Notes: generated by a model from the letters alone, not told the origin. DNA of 50,547 nucleotides from Candidatus Eiseniibacteriota bacterium (GCA_030639555.1 DAOWCM010000001.1:1-50547); one strand, 5' to 3'; shown: positions 42,099 to 50,235, counted from the stretch's first letter. Translations and numbers: made by a program.

Positions 42099-42395
42099 AT
42101 GACGTACGAAAGCCTAAGGCGTGCGATGGAGGAGACCTACTCGCTCATCCCCAACAACCGCGGGGCCACCGCCCGGCACCCGCTCGACGAGACCGTCAGT
42201 GGGGACACGGTGGGAAGGGTGCGACTGTTCGAGCACCTCCGGTGGATGGCCGGGGAGGCGTTGACCTGGGGGCCCGAGCGCGTGGAGAAGCTGAACCGCT
42301 GGCTCGGCTTCATCCAGGGAACCCTGTGGGCGCTCGGCGGCGTGACGATCGAGGACATGCGGCAGGTCAACCTGGGGCAGGAGGATCCGTCATGA
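42099..42395 (+). CDS. Hypothetical protein (98 aa)
   Basis: The ATG lies 5 nt after the upstream stop. Protein-like composition. Confidence 0.45.
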   Translation: MTYESLRRAMEETYSLIPNNRGATARHPLDETVSGDTVGRVRLFEHLRWMAGEALTWGPERVEKLNRWLGFIQGTLWALGGVTIEDMRQVNLGQEDPS

Positions 42396-42949
42396 CGCAG
42401 AAGATCACGTACGAATGGGCGTGCCAGAATGCAACCGGCCGTCCCATAGTGCACGGCAACGGATTCATCCAAGTACCGATGCCGGACGGCTGCAGGGTGC
42501 ACGTGTGGCACCCGGACTGCCCGAAGCAGAACGTCTACACCGGGGTCCACGACCACCGCTTCTCGTTCAAGTCGACGATCGTCCGCGGCCGGCTCCTCAA
42601 CAGGCGCTGGACCGCGTGCACCGGGCAGGTCTACAAAGTCATGCGTACAGGGGTAGCCGAGGACGACGAGAATCCTCTCAGCCTCTACGACACCGACGGC
42701 CGGTGCTCGCTGCGCGACGGGCGCGACGAGGCGCACTCCGAGGGGGACGAGTACCGCTTCGAGATGTATCACCTGCACGAGATCATTCCTGTGACACCGA
42801 TCGTTGTCACCTACATGCGGAAGATTATGGTTGGAACGCCGGGCCCGGCCGTACTGTGCCTGATTGGCCAGGAACCGGACAACGCTTTCCGCAGGGACGC
42901 CCGGCCGGCACACGCCCTGTGGAGACTAATTGCGGAGGCGATGCTATGA
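42392..42949 (+). CDS. Hypothetical protein with HxH motif (possible cupin-like metal site)
   Basis: ATGA overlap. 185 aa. VHVWHPD and GVHDHRFSFKSTIVRG suggest a beta-barrel metal-binding protein. This is a weak call. Confidence 0.3.
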   Translation: MTQKITYEWACQNATGRPIVHGNGFIQVPMPDGCRVHVWHPDCPKQNVYTGVHDHRFSFKSTIVRGRLLNRRWTACTGQVYKVMRTGVAEDDENPLSLYDTDGRCSLRDGRDEAHSEGDEYRFEMYHLHEIIPVTPIVVTYMRKIMVGTPGPAVLCLIGQEPDNAFRRDARPAHALWRLIAEAML

Positions 42950-43353
42950 GCAAATACGACGACAAGAACTGGCGGGGAAACCCGGACGGCCACGCCGCCA
43001 TGCTGGTGGCGCTACAAAACATCGACGCCGCCGGCCTCCACATCCATGGCGAGGCGGTGCGCTCGGGCTTCTACGAGATGCGCGATGAGACGGACCCGAT
43101 GCACGCCGCGTGTGTCGCAGGGCTCATAGCCAGCGAGGTCCACGAGATGATCGACACCCTGCGGGCACCGGAGCCGGAGGTCGCGCCGAGGATCGGTGGG
43201 GACTTCACGCACGAGGAGGAGGAGGCGGCCGACACCTTCATCCGACACCTCGACTACTGCGCCTGGCGCAAGCTGCGGCTGGGAGCCGCAGTCGTCGCGA
43301 AGCTGGGCGCCAACCGACGCCGGGGCCACCGCTTCGGCGGAAAGAAATTCTAG
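42946..43353 (+). CDS. MazG-like nucleotide pyrophosphohydrolase
   Basis: ATGA overlap. 135 aa. LIASEVHEMIDTLR, HEEEEAADTFIRHLDY (acidic metal motif) and the C-terminal KLGANRRRGHRFGGKKF are typical of small phage MazG proteins. Confidence 0.6.
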   Translation: MSKYDDKNWRGNPDGHAAMLVALQNIDAAGLHIHGEAVRSGFYEMRDETDPMHAACVAGLIASEVHEMIDTLRAPEPEVAPRIGGDFTHEEEEAADTFIRHLDYCAWRKLRLGAAVVAKLGANRRRGHRFGGKKF

Positions 43354-43370
43354 CAGCATAGGAGATGACG

Positions 43371-43688
43371 ATGAAGAATACGCTGAATTCAGAGGAGCTG
43401 GAAGACCTGGCGCGAATGGAGCATATATGCGGGGCAGCGCTGGCCGAGTTCAAGAAAACCGACAACCTGAACCTGGAGGCTCAGAAGCTGCTGTTCGTCT
43501 GGCTAACGACCCTGATGTCCGGGAACGAGCGCGCGGTGTACCGCAACCTCGTCATGACGTTCATCTTCGGGGTCATGCTTGGAACGGCCGGCGAGGTCGA
43601 CATCATCGAGGAGATCAAGCGGGCCGCCATCACCGCGAACCACGGGGCCGACGCGTCCGCCGCTGCCGATCAGCGAAACACGCACTGA
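43371..43688 (+). CDS. Hypothetical membrane-associated protein (105 aa)
   Basis: The ATG at 43371 lies 6 nt after GGAG. An alternative ATG lies at 43365. It has central hydrophobic stretches (LLFVWLTTLM, LVMTFIFGVMLG). Confidence 0.45.
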   Translation: MKNTLNSEELEDLARMEHICGAALAEFKKTDNLNLEAQKLLFVWLTTLMSGNERAVYRNLVMTFIFGVMLGTAGEVDIIEEIKRAAITANHGADASAAADQRNTH

Positions 43689-43999
43689 TGGGACGAGTCG
43701 TCCGCGTCATCCACATGAGGGATGCCCCAGCCGACTGGAGGTCCAGCCCGCGCTACAAGTACATCGGGCGCGGATCCAAGTGGGGCAACGACTACAGTCA
43801 CCTGCATGGATCCCGGGCCCACCACCGGGTGGGAACCCGAGAGGACGCCATCGCGATGTTCGAGGAACATCAACTCCCGGGGCTGCTGCCCGACATAAGC
43901 GACCTCGAGGGAAAGATCCTGGTATGCTTCTGCTACCCCGAAGCGTGCCACGGCAACGTGCTGGTGCGGGCCCTGAACGCACGAAAGGAGAGCGAGTGA
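43688..43999 (+). CDS. DUF4326 domain protein
   Basis: TGATG overlap. 103 aa. YKYIGRGSKWGN...REDAIAMFEE...LEGKILVCFCYPEACHGNVL matches the DUF4326 pattern as I recall it. Confidence 0.6.
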   Translation: MGRVVRVIHMRDAPADWRSSPRYKYIGRGSKWGNDYSHLHGSRAHHRVGTREDAIAMFEEHQLPGLLPDISDLEGKILVCFCYPEACHGNVLVRALNARKESE

Positions 44000-44298
44000 T
44001 GTCAGTACAAGACGCAGAGCAGTTCACGGAGGAGGTCCGCCTCTACACCGAGGCTCGCAGGGCCGCGCGGCACGTGAGGAACATGCTCGCCAACCTGAAC
44101 GCCGCGCTGGACGTGGCCGCGAGCAAGGGTGTCGACTGCGAGATCGACGTGGTGTGGATCGACGAGGTCGGGTCCGACTCATCCCGCAGGACCATCACCA
44201 TAACGTGTAGGCAAGACCTGTCGCTGAACGAGCCATCCGACTGGGCGCTCGACAAGTTCCGCGAGGCGGCCGACGAGATCATGAGAGGAGATCAGTAA
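43999..44298 (+). CDS. Hypothetical protein (99 aa)
   Basis: TGATG overlap with the upstream gene. Confidence 0.45.
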   Translation: MSVQDAEQFTEEVRLYTEARRAARHVRNMLANLNAALDVAASKGVDCEIDVVWIDEVGSDSSRRTITITCRQDLSLNEPSDWALDKFREAADEIMRGDQ

Positions 44299-44592
44299 AT
44301 GGCAGGCATGGAAGGCATGGCTATAACCCCGGAGGAGGCCCGCCTCGAAGACATCCGGCTGAAGGTGCAGAAGCTGTGGGCCGAAGTGGGCGAGCTGAAG
44401 AAGCAGGCCCATTACCCCCGCTGCGTTCCCACGGAGGGGCTCGTGCTGGAGTGGGTCGCCCGCGACCGCCGCGAGAAGCGCCGCCGCCGCCGCGAAGGCA
44501 TCGTATTCGGTGTGATCATCGTCGTCGTGGTCGTGTTCTTCGTATGGGGCGTCGGTAGCGCGATCATGGAAGCGGCGGCGCTGTGGGCGTGA
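44299..44592 (+). CDS. Tail-anchored membrane protein (97 aa)
   Basis: The ATG comes directly after the upstream TAA. It has a coiled-coil N-terminus, a basic RREKRRRRRE stretch and a C-terminal TM (IVFGVIIVVVVVFFVWGVG). Confidence 0.5.
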   Translation: MAGMEGMAITPEEARLEDIRLKVQKLWAEVGELKKQAHYPRCVPTEGLVLEWVARDRREKRRRRREGIVFGVIIVVVVVFFVWGVGSAIMEAAALWA

Positions 44593-44738
44593 ACCTGACC
44601 GAGGTGATCGCCGTCCTGATCAAGGTCGACGGCCGGTGGAAGTGCTACAAGCACCCGAACTACGGCGTGCACCGCGCGCCAACGTCCGACTGCAAGGCGT
44701 GCAGCCTGCTCTGGATGGAGAAGGAGTCCACGAAATGA
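44589..44738 (+). CDS. Mini zinc-ribbon-like ORF (49 aa, below the track cut-off)
   Basis: Hand translated. It has a GTGA overlap upstream and an ATGA overlap with rtcB downstream. It contains CYKH...CKAC. Confidence 0.35.
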   Translation: MNLTEVIAVLIKVDGRWKCYKHPNYGVHRAPTSDCKACSLLWMEKESTK

Positions 44739-45937
44739 GAGTCATCGAGCCACGCAGAGTCGCGGAGAGGGAACGAATCGTCGCAGCGTCACCGATCAAG
44801 GTCTGGGACGAAGGCGTGACCATCGACGTCAATGCCCGGAGGCAGATCGCTGACACAGCGGAGCTCCCCTTCATCCACAGCCACGTTGCCGTCATGCCCG
44901 ACGCTCACTTCGGCTTCGGCTCCACCGTCGGCACGGTCATCCCGACGCGGGGTGCCATCGTCCCCTCCGCGGTCGGCGTCGACATCGGCTGCGGCATGGT
45001 GGCCCAGCGCCTCGAGATGACCAGCCGGCGCCTGCCGGACAACCTCGAGGGCGTGTACGACGCGATCATGGAGGCCGTGCCCGTCGGATTCAACGCCCAC
45101 GAGGAACCGATCGGCGTCTACTTCACCGCGCACGACCGGGGTTACGTGGAGATCGCGGAAGCCGGTCTGTGGAATGCGCGGCAAGACCCCGGGCGCCAGG
45201 TCGGGACGCTCGGCGGGGGAAACCACTTCATCGAGCTGTGCATCGACGAGTCAGACGCCGTGTGGGTAATGTTGCACAGCGGCAGCCGCGGCCTGGGCAA
45301 CCGGGTCGGGCGCCACTTCATCGAGTTGGCCAAGCGTGAGTGCGAGCGGTGGATGATCGAGCTCCCGAATCGCGACCTGGCCTACCTGCCCGAGGGCACC
45401 GATGGATTCATCGCCTACGTGAACGCCTTGTCGTTCTGCCAGGACTACGCCGCGCTGAACCGCAAGGTCATGATGGACCTGGCACTAAGTGCACTCGCCG
45501 ACCAGCTCGGATCGTTCACCTACGACGGCGAGCAGGCGATCAACTGCCACCACAACTACGTGGAGCGCGAGCATCACTTCGGGCAGAACGTGTGGGTGAC
45601 GCGCAAGGGCGCCGTCCGAGCCCGCGAGGGTGACATGGGGATCATCCCCGGTGCCATGGGCCGGCGGTCCTTCATCGTGCGCGGGAAGGGCAACGCAGAC
45701 AGCTTCCATAGCTGCTCGCACGGCGGGGGCCGCGTCATGTCGCGCACCGAGGCGCGGAAGACCCTCACCCTCGAGGATCACGAGCGGGACACGGAGGGCC
45801 TGGTGTGCCGCAAGGACGCAGGCGTGATCGACGAGTCGCCCCGGGCGTACAAGGACATCAACGCCGTGATGGCGGCGCAGGCCGACTTAGTTGACGTCGT
45901 GCACACACTGCGCGCCGTCGTCTGCGTGAAAGGATAG
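44735..45937 (+). CDS. rtcB: RNA 3'-phosphate/5'-OH ligase RtcB
   Basis: The start is at MRVIEP (ATG 44735). 400 aa with MPDAHFGFG, DIGCGM, GGGNHFIE, HSGSRGLGN and CHHNY (the guanylylated His region). Confidence 0.9.
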   Translation: MRVIEPRRVAERERIVAASPIKVWDEGVTIDVNARRQIADTAELPFIHSHVAVMPDAHFGFGSTVGTVIPTRGAIVPSAVGVDIGCGMVAQRLEMTSRRLPDNLEGVYDAIMEAVPVGFNAHEEPIGVYFTAHDRGYVEIAEAGLWNARQDPGRQVGTLGGGNHFIELCIDESDAVWVMLHSGSRGLGNRVGRHFIELAKRECERWMIELPNRDLAYLPEGTDGFIAYVNALSFCQDYAALNRKVMMDLALSALADQLGSFTYDGEQAINCHHNYVEREHHFGQNVWVTRKGAVRAREGDMGIIPGAMGRRSFIVRGKGNADSFHSCSHGGGRVMSRTEARKTLTLEDHERDTEGLVCRKDAGVIDESPRAYKDINAVMAAQADLVDVVHTLRAVVCVKG

Positions 45938-45940
45938 GTC

Positions 45941-46144
45941 ATGACGAACGAACAGGCCCTCTCACGACTCATCTACGAGCTCGACGACATAGCGCGATGC
46001 GACCGCCGGTGGTTCGCGCGGCGTCGCTTGAAGCTACTCAAGCGCAAGATCGCGTTTGCCGTCAGCCTTGCATCGCTGCCGAACACCGCCGAGCACTGCG
46101 ACCTGATCATAAAGCACGGGAGGGTACTGGGATGGCACTCCTAG
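45941..46144 (+). CDS. Hypothetical protein (67 aa)
   Basis: The ATG lies 3 nt after the rtcB stop. Confidence 0.4.
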   Translation: MTNEQALSRLIYELDDIARCDRRWFARRRLKLLKRKIAFAVSLASLPNTAEHCDLIIKHGRVLGWHS

Positions 46145-46494
46145 ACAAGTGGCCGCCGGAGATGCTGGAGGAGCTGCTCGACACTATCATGCACCGGGCG
46201 ATCCTCATGGCCGCGATCGAGGAGCCCGGCCGACGCTACGGCGATCCGTGTCGCCAGTTCTACGCCGGCCCGCCCCTAGACATGGAGTTCGCCGAGGAGC
46301 ACGCCCGGTACGTGACCGCCTGGGCCGAGACCCAGGTCGTCACCGTGAACATCAACAGCCAGGAGGTGGAGGGCAGCCCCGAGGCGATCCGCAACATGGC
46401 ACGCCAGGAGTGCATGCAGAAGTACATCGCACGAGAGATGCGCGACCGGGCCGAAGACTTGGCGCGATCCATATTCATGGGAGGCAAGGTATGA
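46132..46494 (+). CDS. Hypothetical protein (120 aa)
   Basis: The ATG at 46132 overlaps the upstream gene by 13 nt. Helical and acidic. Confidence 0.45.
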   Translation: MALLDKWPPEMLEELLDTIMHRAILMAAIEEPGRRYGDPCRQFYAGPPLDMEFAEEHARYVTAWAETQVVTVNINSQEVEGSPEAIRNMARQECMQKYIAREMRDRAEDLARSIFMGGKV

Positions 46495-47468
46495 TGAAGA
46501 ACGAACACACGATAGTCCGAATGCAGTTCGGATCCCAGGTCTACGGCACGAGCCTGCCGACGAGCGACCAAGACTTCAAGGTGGTGTTCATACCCGACGG
46601 GCGGGACATCCTCCTGGGCCGCGCGACGAAGGTGTCGCGCTCGAGCTCCACGAAGGTCGATACCCGCGCCCGCAACACGGCCGACGACATCGACGTGGAG
46701 GCGTTCTCCTACGCCGGGTTCCTGAGGCTGCTGTCCGAGGGGCAGACCGTCGCCACGGACATGCTGTTCATCCCAAAGCGGCACTACACGTCCGTGGGGT
46801 TCGAGTGGGGCCACATCCAAGACTGCCGGCACATCCTCGTGTCGCGCCGCATCTCCGGCTTCGTCGGGTACTGCAAGGCGCAGGCGAACAAGTACGGCAT
46901 CAAGGGTAGCCGCGTGAACGCCGCCGACGCGATCGTCAAGCTGCTCGAGAGCCTCCCGCCGGACAACCGCCTGGGGGACCACGAGGGCCACCTCGTGCAC
47001 TTCTGCGAGGATCACGAGCACGCGGAGATGATCCACATCCCCACGTCGGCGGGCAGTGACATCCCGCACCTGTCGGTGTGCAACCGCAAACAGTCGCTGA
47101 CCGTCAAGGTCAAGTACGCGCTGTCGCAGTACCGCGAGCTGTGGGACAAGTACGGCGAGCGGGCCCGCCAGGCCGCCGCGAACGAGGGCATCGACTGGAA
47201 GGCGCTCATGCACGCCGTGCGGATCGGGTGCCAGGCGCACGAGCTGCTCGCGACCGGGCACGTCACGTTCCCGCGCCCCGAAGCTCCGCTCCTCCTGAAG
47301 ATCCGAAAGGGCGAGCTGGCGTACTCCGCGGTGGCCGAGCTGATCGAGGAGAGCATGAATTCCCTCGAGGGCGCCCAGGAGACCTCGGTGCTGCCCAAGG
47401 AGCCGGACCAGGCGCTGATCGACGAGCTGATCACGGAGACGTACCGGAGCGCGATCACGTGTTCGTAG
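46491..47468 (+). CDS. Pol-beta-superfamily nucleotidyltransferase, RlaP-like (RNA-ligase-associated, PF10127-type)
   Basis: ATGA overlap. 325 aa. N-terminal FGSQVYGTSLPTSDQDFKVVFIP is the GS-x-YG-x(5-6)-SD-x-D NTase signature of this family. It has a long helical C-terminal domain. Confidence 0.6.
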   Translation: MMKNEHTIVRMQFGSQVYGTSLPTSDQDFKVVFIPDGRDILLGRATKVSRSSSTKVDTRARNTADDIDVEAFSYAGFLRLLSEGQTVATDMLFIPKRHYTSVGFEWGHIQDCRHILVSRRISGFVGYCKAQANKYGIKGSRVNAADAIVKLLESLPPDNRLGDHEGHLVHFCEDHEHAEMIHIPTSAGSDIPHLSVCNRKQSLTVKVKYALSQYRELWDKYGERARQAAANEGIDWKALMHAVRIGCQAHELLATGHVTFPRPEAPLLLKIRKGELAYSAVAELIEESMNSLEGAQETSVLPKEPDQALIDELITETYRSAITCS

Positions 47469-47881
47469 TATTCGACCTCGACGGGACGATGGCCAACATC
47501 ACCCACCGCCTGCACGTCATCGAGGGCGTGAAGCAGGACTGGGACCTGTTCTTCGAGCTGTGCCACGAGGACGAGCCGATCCCGCAGATCATCGAGGTCT
47601 GCCGCGCGATGTACCGCGCGGGTCACCGGGTCGAAGTCTGGTCCGCCCGAAGGGAGTGGTGCCGTGCGAAGACGGAGGCGTGGCTCGAGGCGCACGGGGT
47701 GCCGCACTACGCGCTGATACTGCGCCCCGACGACGACGAGCGCCCGGACACCGAGGTGAAGGAGGAGTGGCTCCGCACCGGGAACACGCCCGACCTAGTC
47801 TTCGACGACCGGCGGCGGATCGTCGACATGTGGCGCCGGAACGGCGTGCGCTGCTGCCACGTCGCGGAGGGGGAATACTGA
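47459..47881 (+). CDS. HAD-superfamily phosphatase (polynucleotide 3'-phosphatase-like)
   Basis: A GTG start is needed to include the DxDxT motif (VVFDLDGTM). It has a later SARRE and FDDRRRIVDMW pattern as in T4 Pnkp-type phosphatase domains. 140 aa. Confidence 0.55.
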   Translation: MFVVFDLDGTMANITHRLHVIEGVKQDWDLFFELCHEDEPIPQIIEVCRAMYRAGHRVEVWSARREWCRAKTEAWLEAHGVPHYALILRPDDDERPDTEVKEEWLRTGNTPDLVFDDRRRIVDMWRRNGVRCCHVAEGEY

Positions 47882-48117
47882 TGAGCGTCGTCGGTAACTG
47901 CCTTCGCATCAAGTGCGACTCGCCGAAGTGCGACGAGGCAACTCACATTCACCTCCCGAATCCCATTCCGTCAGGTCACGCGTTCATGCGGATCTATCTG
48001 AACGCGGTCCACGAGCAGGGGTGGTCGTTCCCGGTGCCGAACGTCTATGACAAGCACACCTGTTACAAGCACGGCGTGGGGGCCAGGTTGAACAAGAAGA
48101 AGAGGAAGACACGATGA
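47881..48117 (+). CDS. Small Cys-rich basic protein (78 aa)
   Basis: TGATG overlap. It has CLRIKCDSPKC...H.H...CYKH and a basic tail KKKRKTR. Confidence 0.4.
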   Translation: MSVVGNCLRIKCDSPKCDEATHIHLPNPIPSGHAFMRIYLNAVHEQGWSFPVPNVYDKHTCYKHGVGARLNKKKRKTR

Positions 48118-48506
48118 GCATCATGAACCCCACGCCCGAGGCCCGCGAGGTGGTCCTCCAGGAGGCGCGAGAATCGGGACACGAGGTAGTGTATGGCGAC
48201 CCGTGGCTGTTGCTACTCGACCTCGACTCGAAGGTCGCCCTGGCGGACGCCAAGGCACAGCTCAAGCGTTTCTCCCCGCACCTGGCGGTGCAGTGGATCG
48301 AAATGACGAGGTCGAAGTCCGGGAACTGGCACCTGTACGTGCGACTCAGCTACTTCATGGATCGCAAGGATCGCCTGTTCTGGCAGGCCACCCTCGGCAG
48401 CGACCGAATCCGGGCGGGACTCGACTGGATCTGGGCTCTGAAGCACGAGGAGGAGTGCTTCCTAGTCGAGCTGGCCGACGCGAAGAGGGAGGTGGTGATA
48501 CTGTGA
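48114..48506 (+). CDS. Hypothetical protein (130 aa)
   Basis: ATGA overlap with the upstream gene. Protein-like composition. Confidence 0.5.
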   Translation: MSIMNPTPEAREVVLQEARESGHEVVYGDPWLLLLDLDSKVALADAKAQLKRFSPHLAVQWIEMTRSKSGNWHLYVRLSYFMDRKDRLFWQATLGSDRIRAGLDWIWALKHEEECFLVELADAKREVVIL

Positions 48507-48760
48507 TTCACCGACGACGATTCCTCAAGTCCCTGGTCGGCCTGGCGGCCATTCCATTCGCGCCGCTCGCCGCGCTGGCGCCGAAGTTCGCGACTGGCGG
48601 CATTGTTCGCCCGGGCGCGTACGTCGTCGGCTCGTCGAACACCTGCTTCCTGCAATACAACCGAGGGCCAGTACCCTGGCTGCAGTCGCACTGCATAGTG
48701 TATATGAACGCCCGGAATCAGATGATAGAGGTACCTCTCGAAGGAGGGAACTGGTCATGA
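48503..48760 (+). CDS. Small protein with Tat-type signal (85 aa)
   Basis: GTGA overlap. The N-terminus reads IHRRRFLKSLVGLAAIPFAPLAALA. Confidence 0.45.
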   Translation: MIHRRRFLKSLVGLAAIPFAPLAALAPKFATGGIVRPGAYVVGSSNTCFLQYNRGPVPWLQSHCIVYMNARNQMIEVPLEGGNWS

Positions 48761-48918
48761 GCCCGGAGAAGCTGCGCCGACTCGAGCTCAGGATCTACGG
48801 GCGCGTGCTGGGCCCGCTCCCCTCGCCGGCCCCGGTCGAGCCATGTTTCCGATGCGGCCGCGACACACTGAAGCGCAAGCCGCGCCGCGCCTGCGGCCCG
48901 TGCCTGGTGGGTTGGTAG
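48757..48918 (+). CDS. Mini zinc-ribbon ORF (53 aa, hand-called)
   Basis: ATGA overlap upstream. It has CFRC...CGPC and ends at TAG 48916-48918. Confidence 0.35.
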   Translation: MSPEKLRRLELRIYGRVLGPLPSPAPVEPCFRCGRDTLKRKPRRACGPCLVGW

Positions 48919-49184
48919 TGCCCGGCTCGAACGCGGGAACCGGCCAGCCGCTCAACTTCCGCTGCTCGAGGTGTCGACGGCGCTACGGGACGCGTGAGTA
49001 TTTCGGCGAGCGCTACACGTCGGGCCGAGGGCGGGTTGACCGAGTCATGTTGACCGGCCGCCAGCGAAAGACGCCGCCCGGTCGAGGTGGGTGTCGCAAT
49101 TCTAATTACCGCAGGGAGTATGTCTGCATCGACTGCGAGCACGTGGGTTGGAGCCGGCACGTCGACCTGGCGAGGAAAACATGA
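48918..49184 (+). CDS. Zinc-ribbon protein (88 aa)
   Basis: The GTG overlaps the upstream TAG (TAGTG). It has CSRC...CIDC. Confidence 0.4.
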   Translation: MPGSNAGTGQPLNFRCSRCRRRYGTREYFGERYTSGRGRVDRVMLTGRQRKTPPGRGGCRNSNYRREYVCIDCEHVGWSRHVDLARKT

Positions 49185-49396
49185 ATCAATCCCCCAAGTT
49201 CAAACCGATTCTCGAGGTGGGGCCGTACAAACCACCGAGGCTGCTGTGTCAGTCTGCGGACGGGTGCAACAGGAAGCCCGAGGCAACGGTGCGGTACCTG
49301 CTGGAGATGGAGGACGGGACGATACGGTCCCACGGCGTGCCAGCGGACCTGTGCGCCGAGCACGCGGAGGAGGCGAAGTCTACATGGGAGCTGTAG
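49181..49396 (+). CDS. Hypothetical small protein (71 aa)
   Basis: ATGA overlap. The start is at MNQSPKF. Confidence 0.4.
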   Translation: MNQSPKFKPILEVGPYKPPRLLCQSADGCNRKPEATVRYLLEMEDGTIRSHGVPADLCAEHAEEAKSTWEL

Positions 49397-49665
49397 TCTG
49401 CTTCGGCTGCCGCGAGGAGCTCGACTCGTGCGCTTGCAACCAGCTCGACGAGCAAGAGGTCGCGGAGCGGCTCGCCGAGGGTGAGTGCTGCAGATGCCAC
49501 GCCCACGCTGACACGCTGTTCGAGATGCGCTACGAAGAGAGCGTCGTGTACGTGTGCGCGCTCTGCGTGCCACGCAAGTGTCGCCGATGCAACCGGGTAC
49601 GCCCTATCATTCGACCCTTCAAGCTGTGCGTGGACTGCACGCAGGAGGAGACGCACTGGTCGTGA
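49384..49665 (+). CDS. Cys-rich multi-CxxC protein (93 aa)
   Basis: It has CFGC, CAC, CCRC, CALC, CRRC and CVDC. It overlaps the upstream gene by 13 nt. Confidence 0.45.
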   Translation: MGAVVCFGCREELDSCACNQLDEQEVAERLAEGECCRCHAHADTLFEMRYEESVVYVCALCVPRKCRRCNRVRPIIRPFKLCVDCTQEETHWS

Positions 49666-49859
49666 CGCCCCACCGCTTCAAGGCATGGCGCGTCGGCCGA
49701 GGTCGCAAGGCCAAGACGATGCCCTGGAACCTCTGCCCCGGCTGCGGCCTCGTGCGACTGCGGAACGCACTCACCGACTGGTGCGCGCGGCACGGCTGCG
49801 ACTACGACGAGCACCCCGGCTACCGGGCCGCCGTGCACAGGTTGACGCGGGCCCCTTGA
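49662..49859 (+). CDS. Small CxxC protein (65 aa)
   Basis: GTGA overlap. It has CPGC...C...C. Confidence 0.35.
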   Translation: MTPHRFKAWRVGRGRKAKTMPWNLCPGCGLVRLRNALTDWCARHGCDYDEHPGYRAAVHRLTRAP

Positions 49860-49864
49860 AATCT

Positions 49865-49887
49865 GGACACCCCCCCACTGTATTTTC
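49865..49887 (+). promoter_or_regulatory. Intergenic motif copy A: GGACACCCCCCC-N5-ATTTTC
   Basis: It starts 6 nt after TGA 49857-49859 and lies 16 nt upstream of ATG 49903 (with AGGAG between). A second copy lies at 50142-50163. Confidence 0.4.
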
Positions 49888-49902
49888 CAGGTAGGAGATT
49901 CA

Positions 49903-50136
49903 ATGCCATTAGCCACGTACCTCACGGGCAAGTGCCTCGCATGCAACCGGGCGTTCCGCTGGGAGACAGCGGGCGAGATGCTCGTTAGAGACGCCATATG
50001 CCTGGGCTGCGACGGCCCGCTCGTCCATTCTCGCCAACGGCGTAGAGGAGTGCCGATCGAGCACGTGGACGCCGAATGGATGCGGGGGCCCGAGAAGCCG
50101 GCCGTCGACCCGGAAGATCCAACGACGTGGCCCTAG
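49903..50136 (+). CDS. Zinc-ribbon protein (77 aa)
   Basis: RBS AGGAG lies 5 nt upstream. It has CLAC...CLGC. Confidence 0.5.
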   Translation: MPLATYLTGKCLACNRAFRWETAGEMLVRDAICLGCDGPLVHSRQRRRGVPIEHVDAEWMRGPEKPAVDPEDPTTWP

Positions 50137-50141
50137 ATTTG

Positions 50142-50163
50142 GGACACCCCCCTCTCGATTTTC
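50142..50163 (+). promoter_or_regulatory. Intergenic motif copy B: GGACACCCCCC-N5-ATTTTC
   Basis: It starts 6 nt after TAG 50134-50136 and is followed by a ~70-nt leader before the next gene. Confidence 0.4.
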
Positions 50164-50235
50164 GACATACGACTTTCATTTGATGGGGCGCCCAGGGGCC
50201 TACCGCCCGGCACACCATACATAAAAAGGAGTAGG

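Noticed and set aside
49864-49892. Reading the repeated GGACAC...ATTTTC motif as a sigma-70 promoter (TGGACA as -35) or as a sigma-54 promoter.
   Set aside because: The distance from the TGGACA-like hexamer to the T-rich element is only about 10-11 nt, so it does not fit sigma-70. No GC dinucleotide lies 10 nt after the GG, so it does not fit sigma-54.
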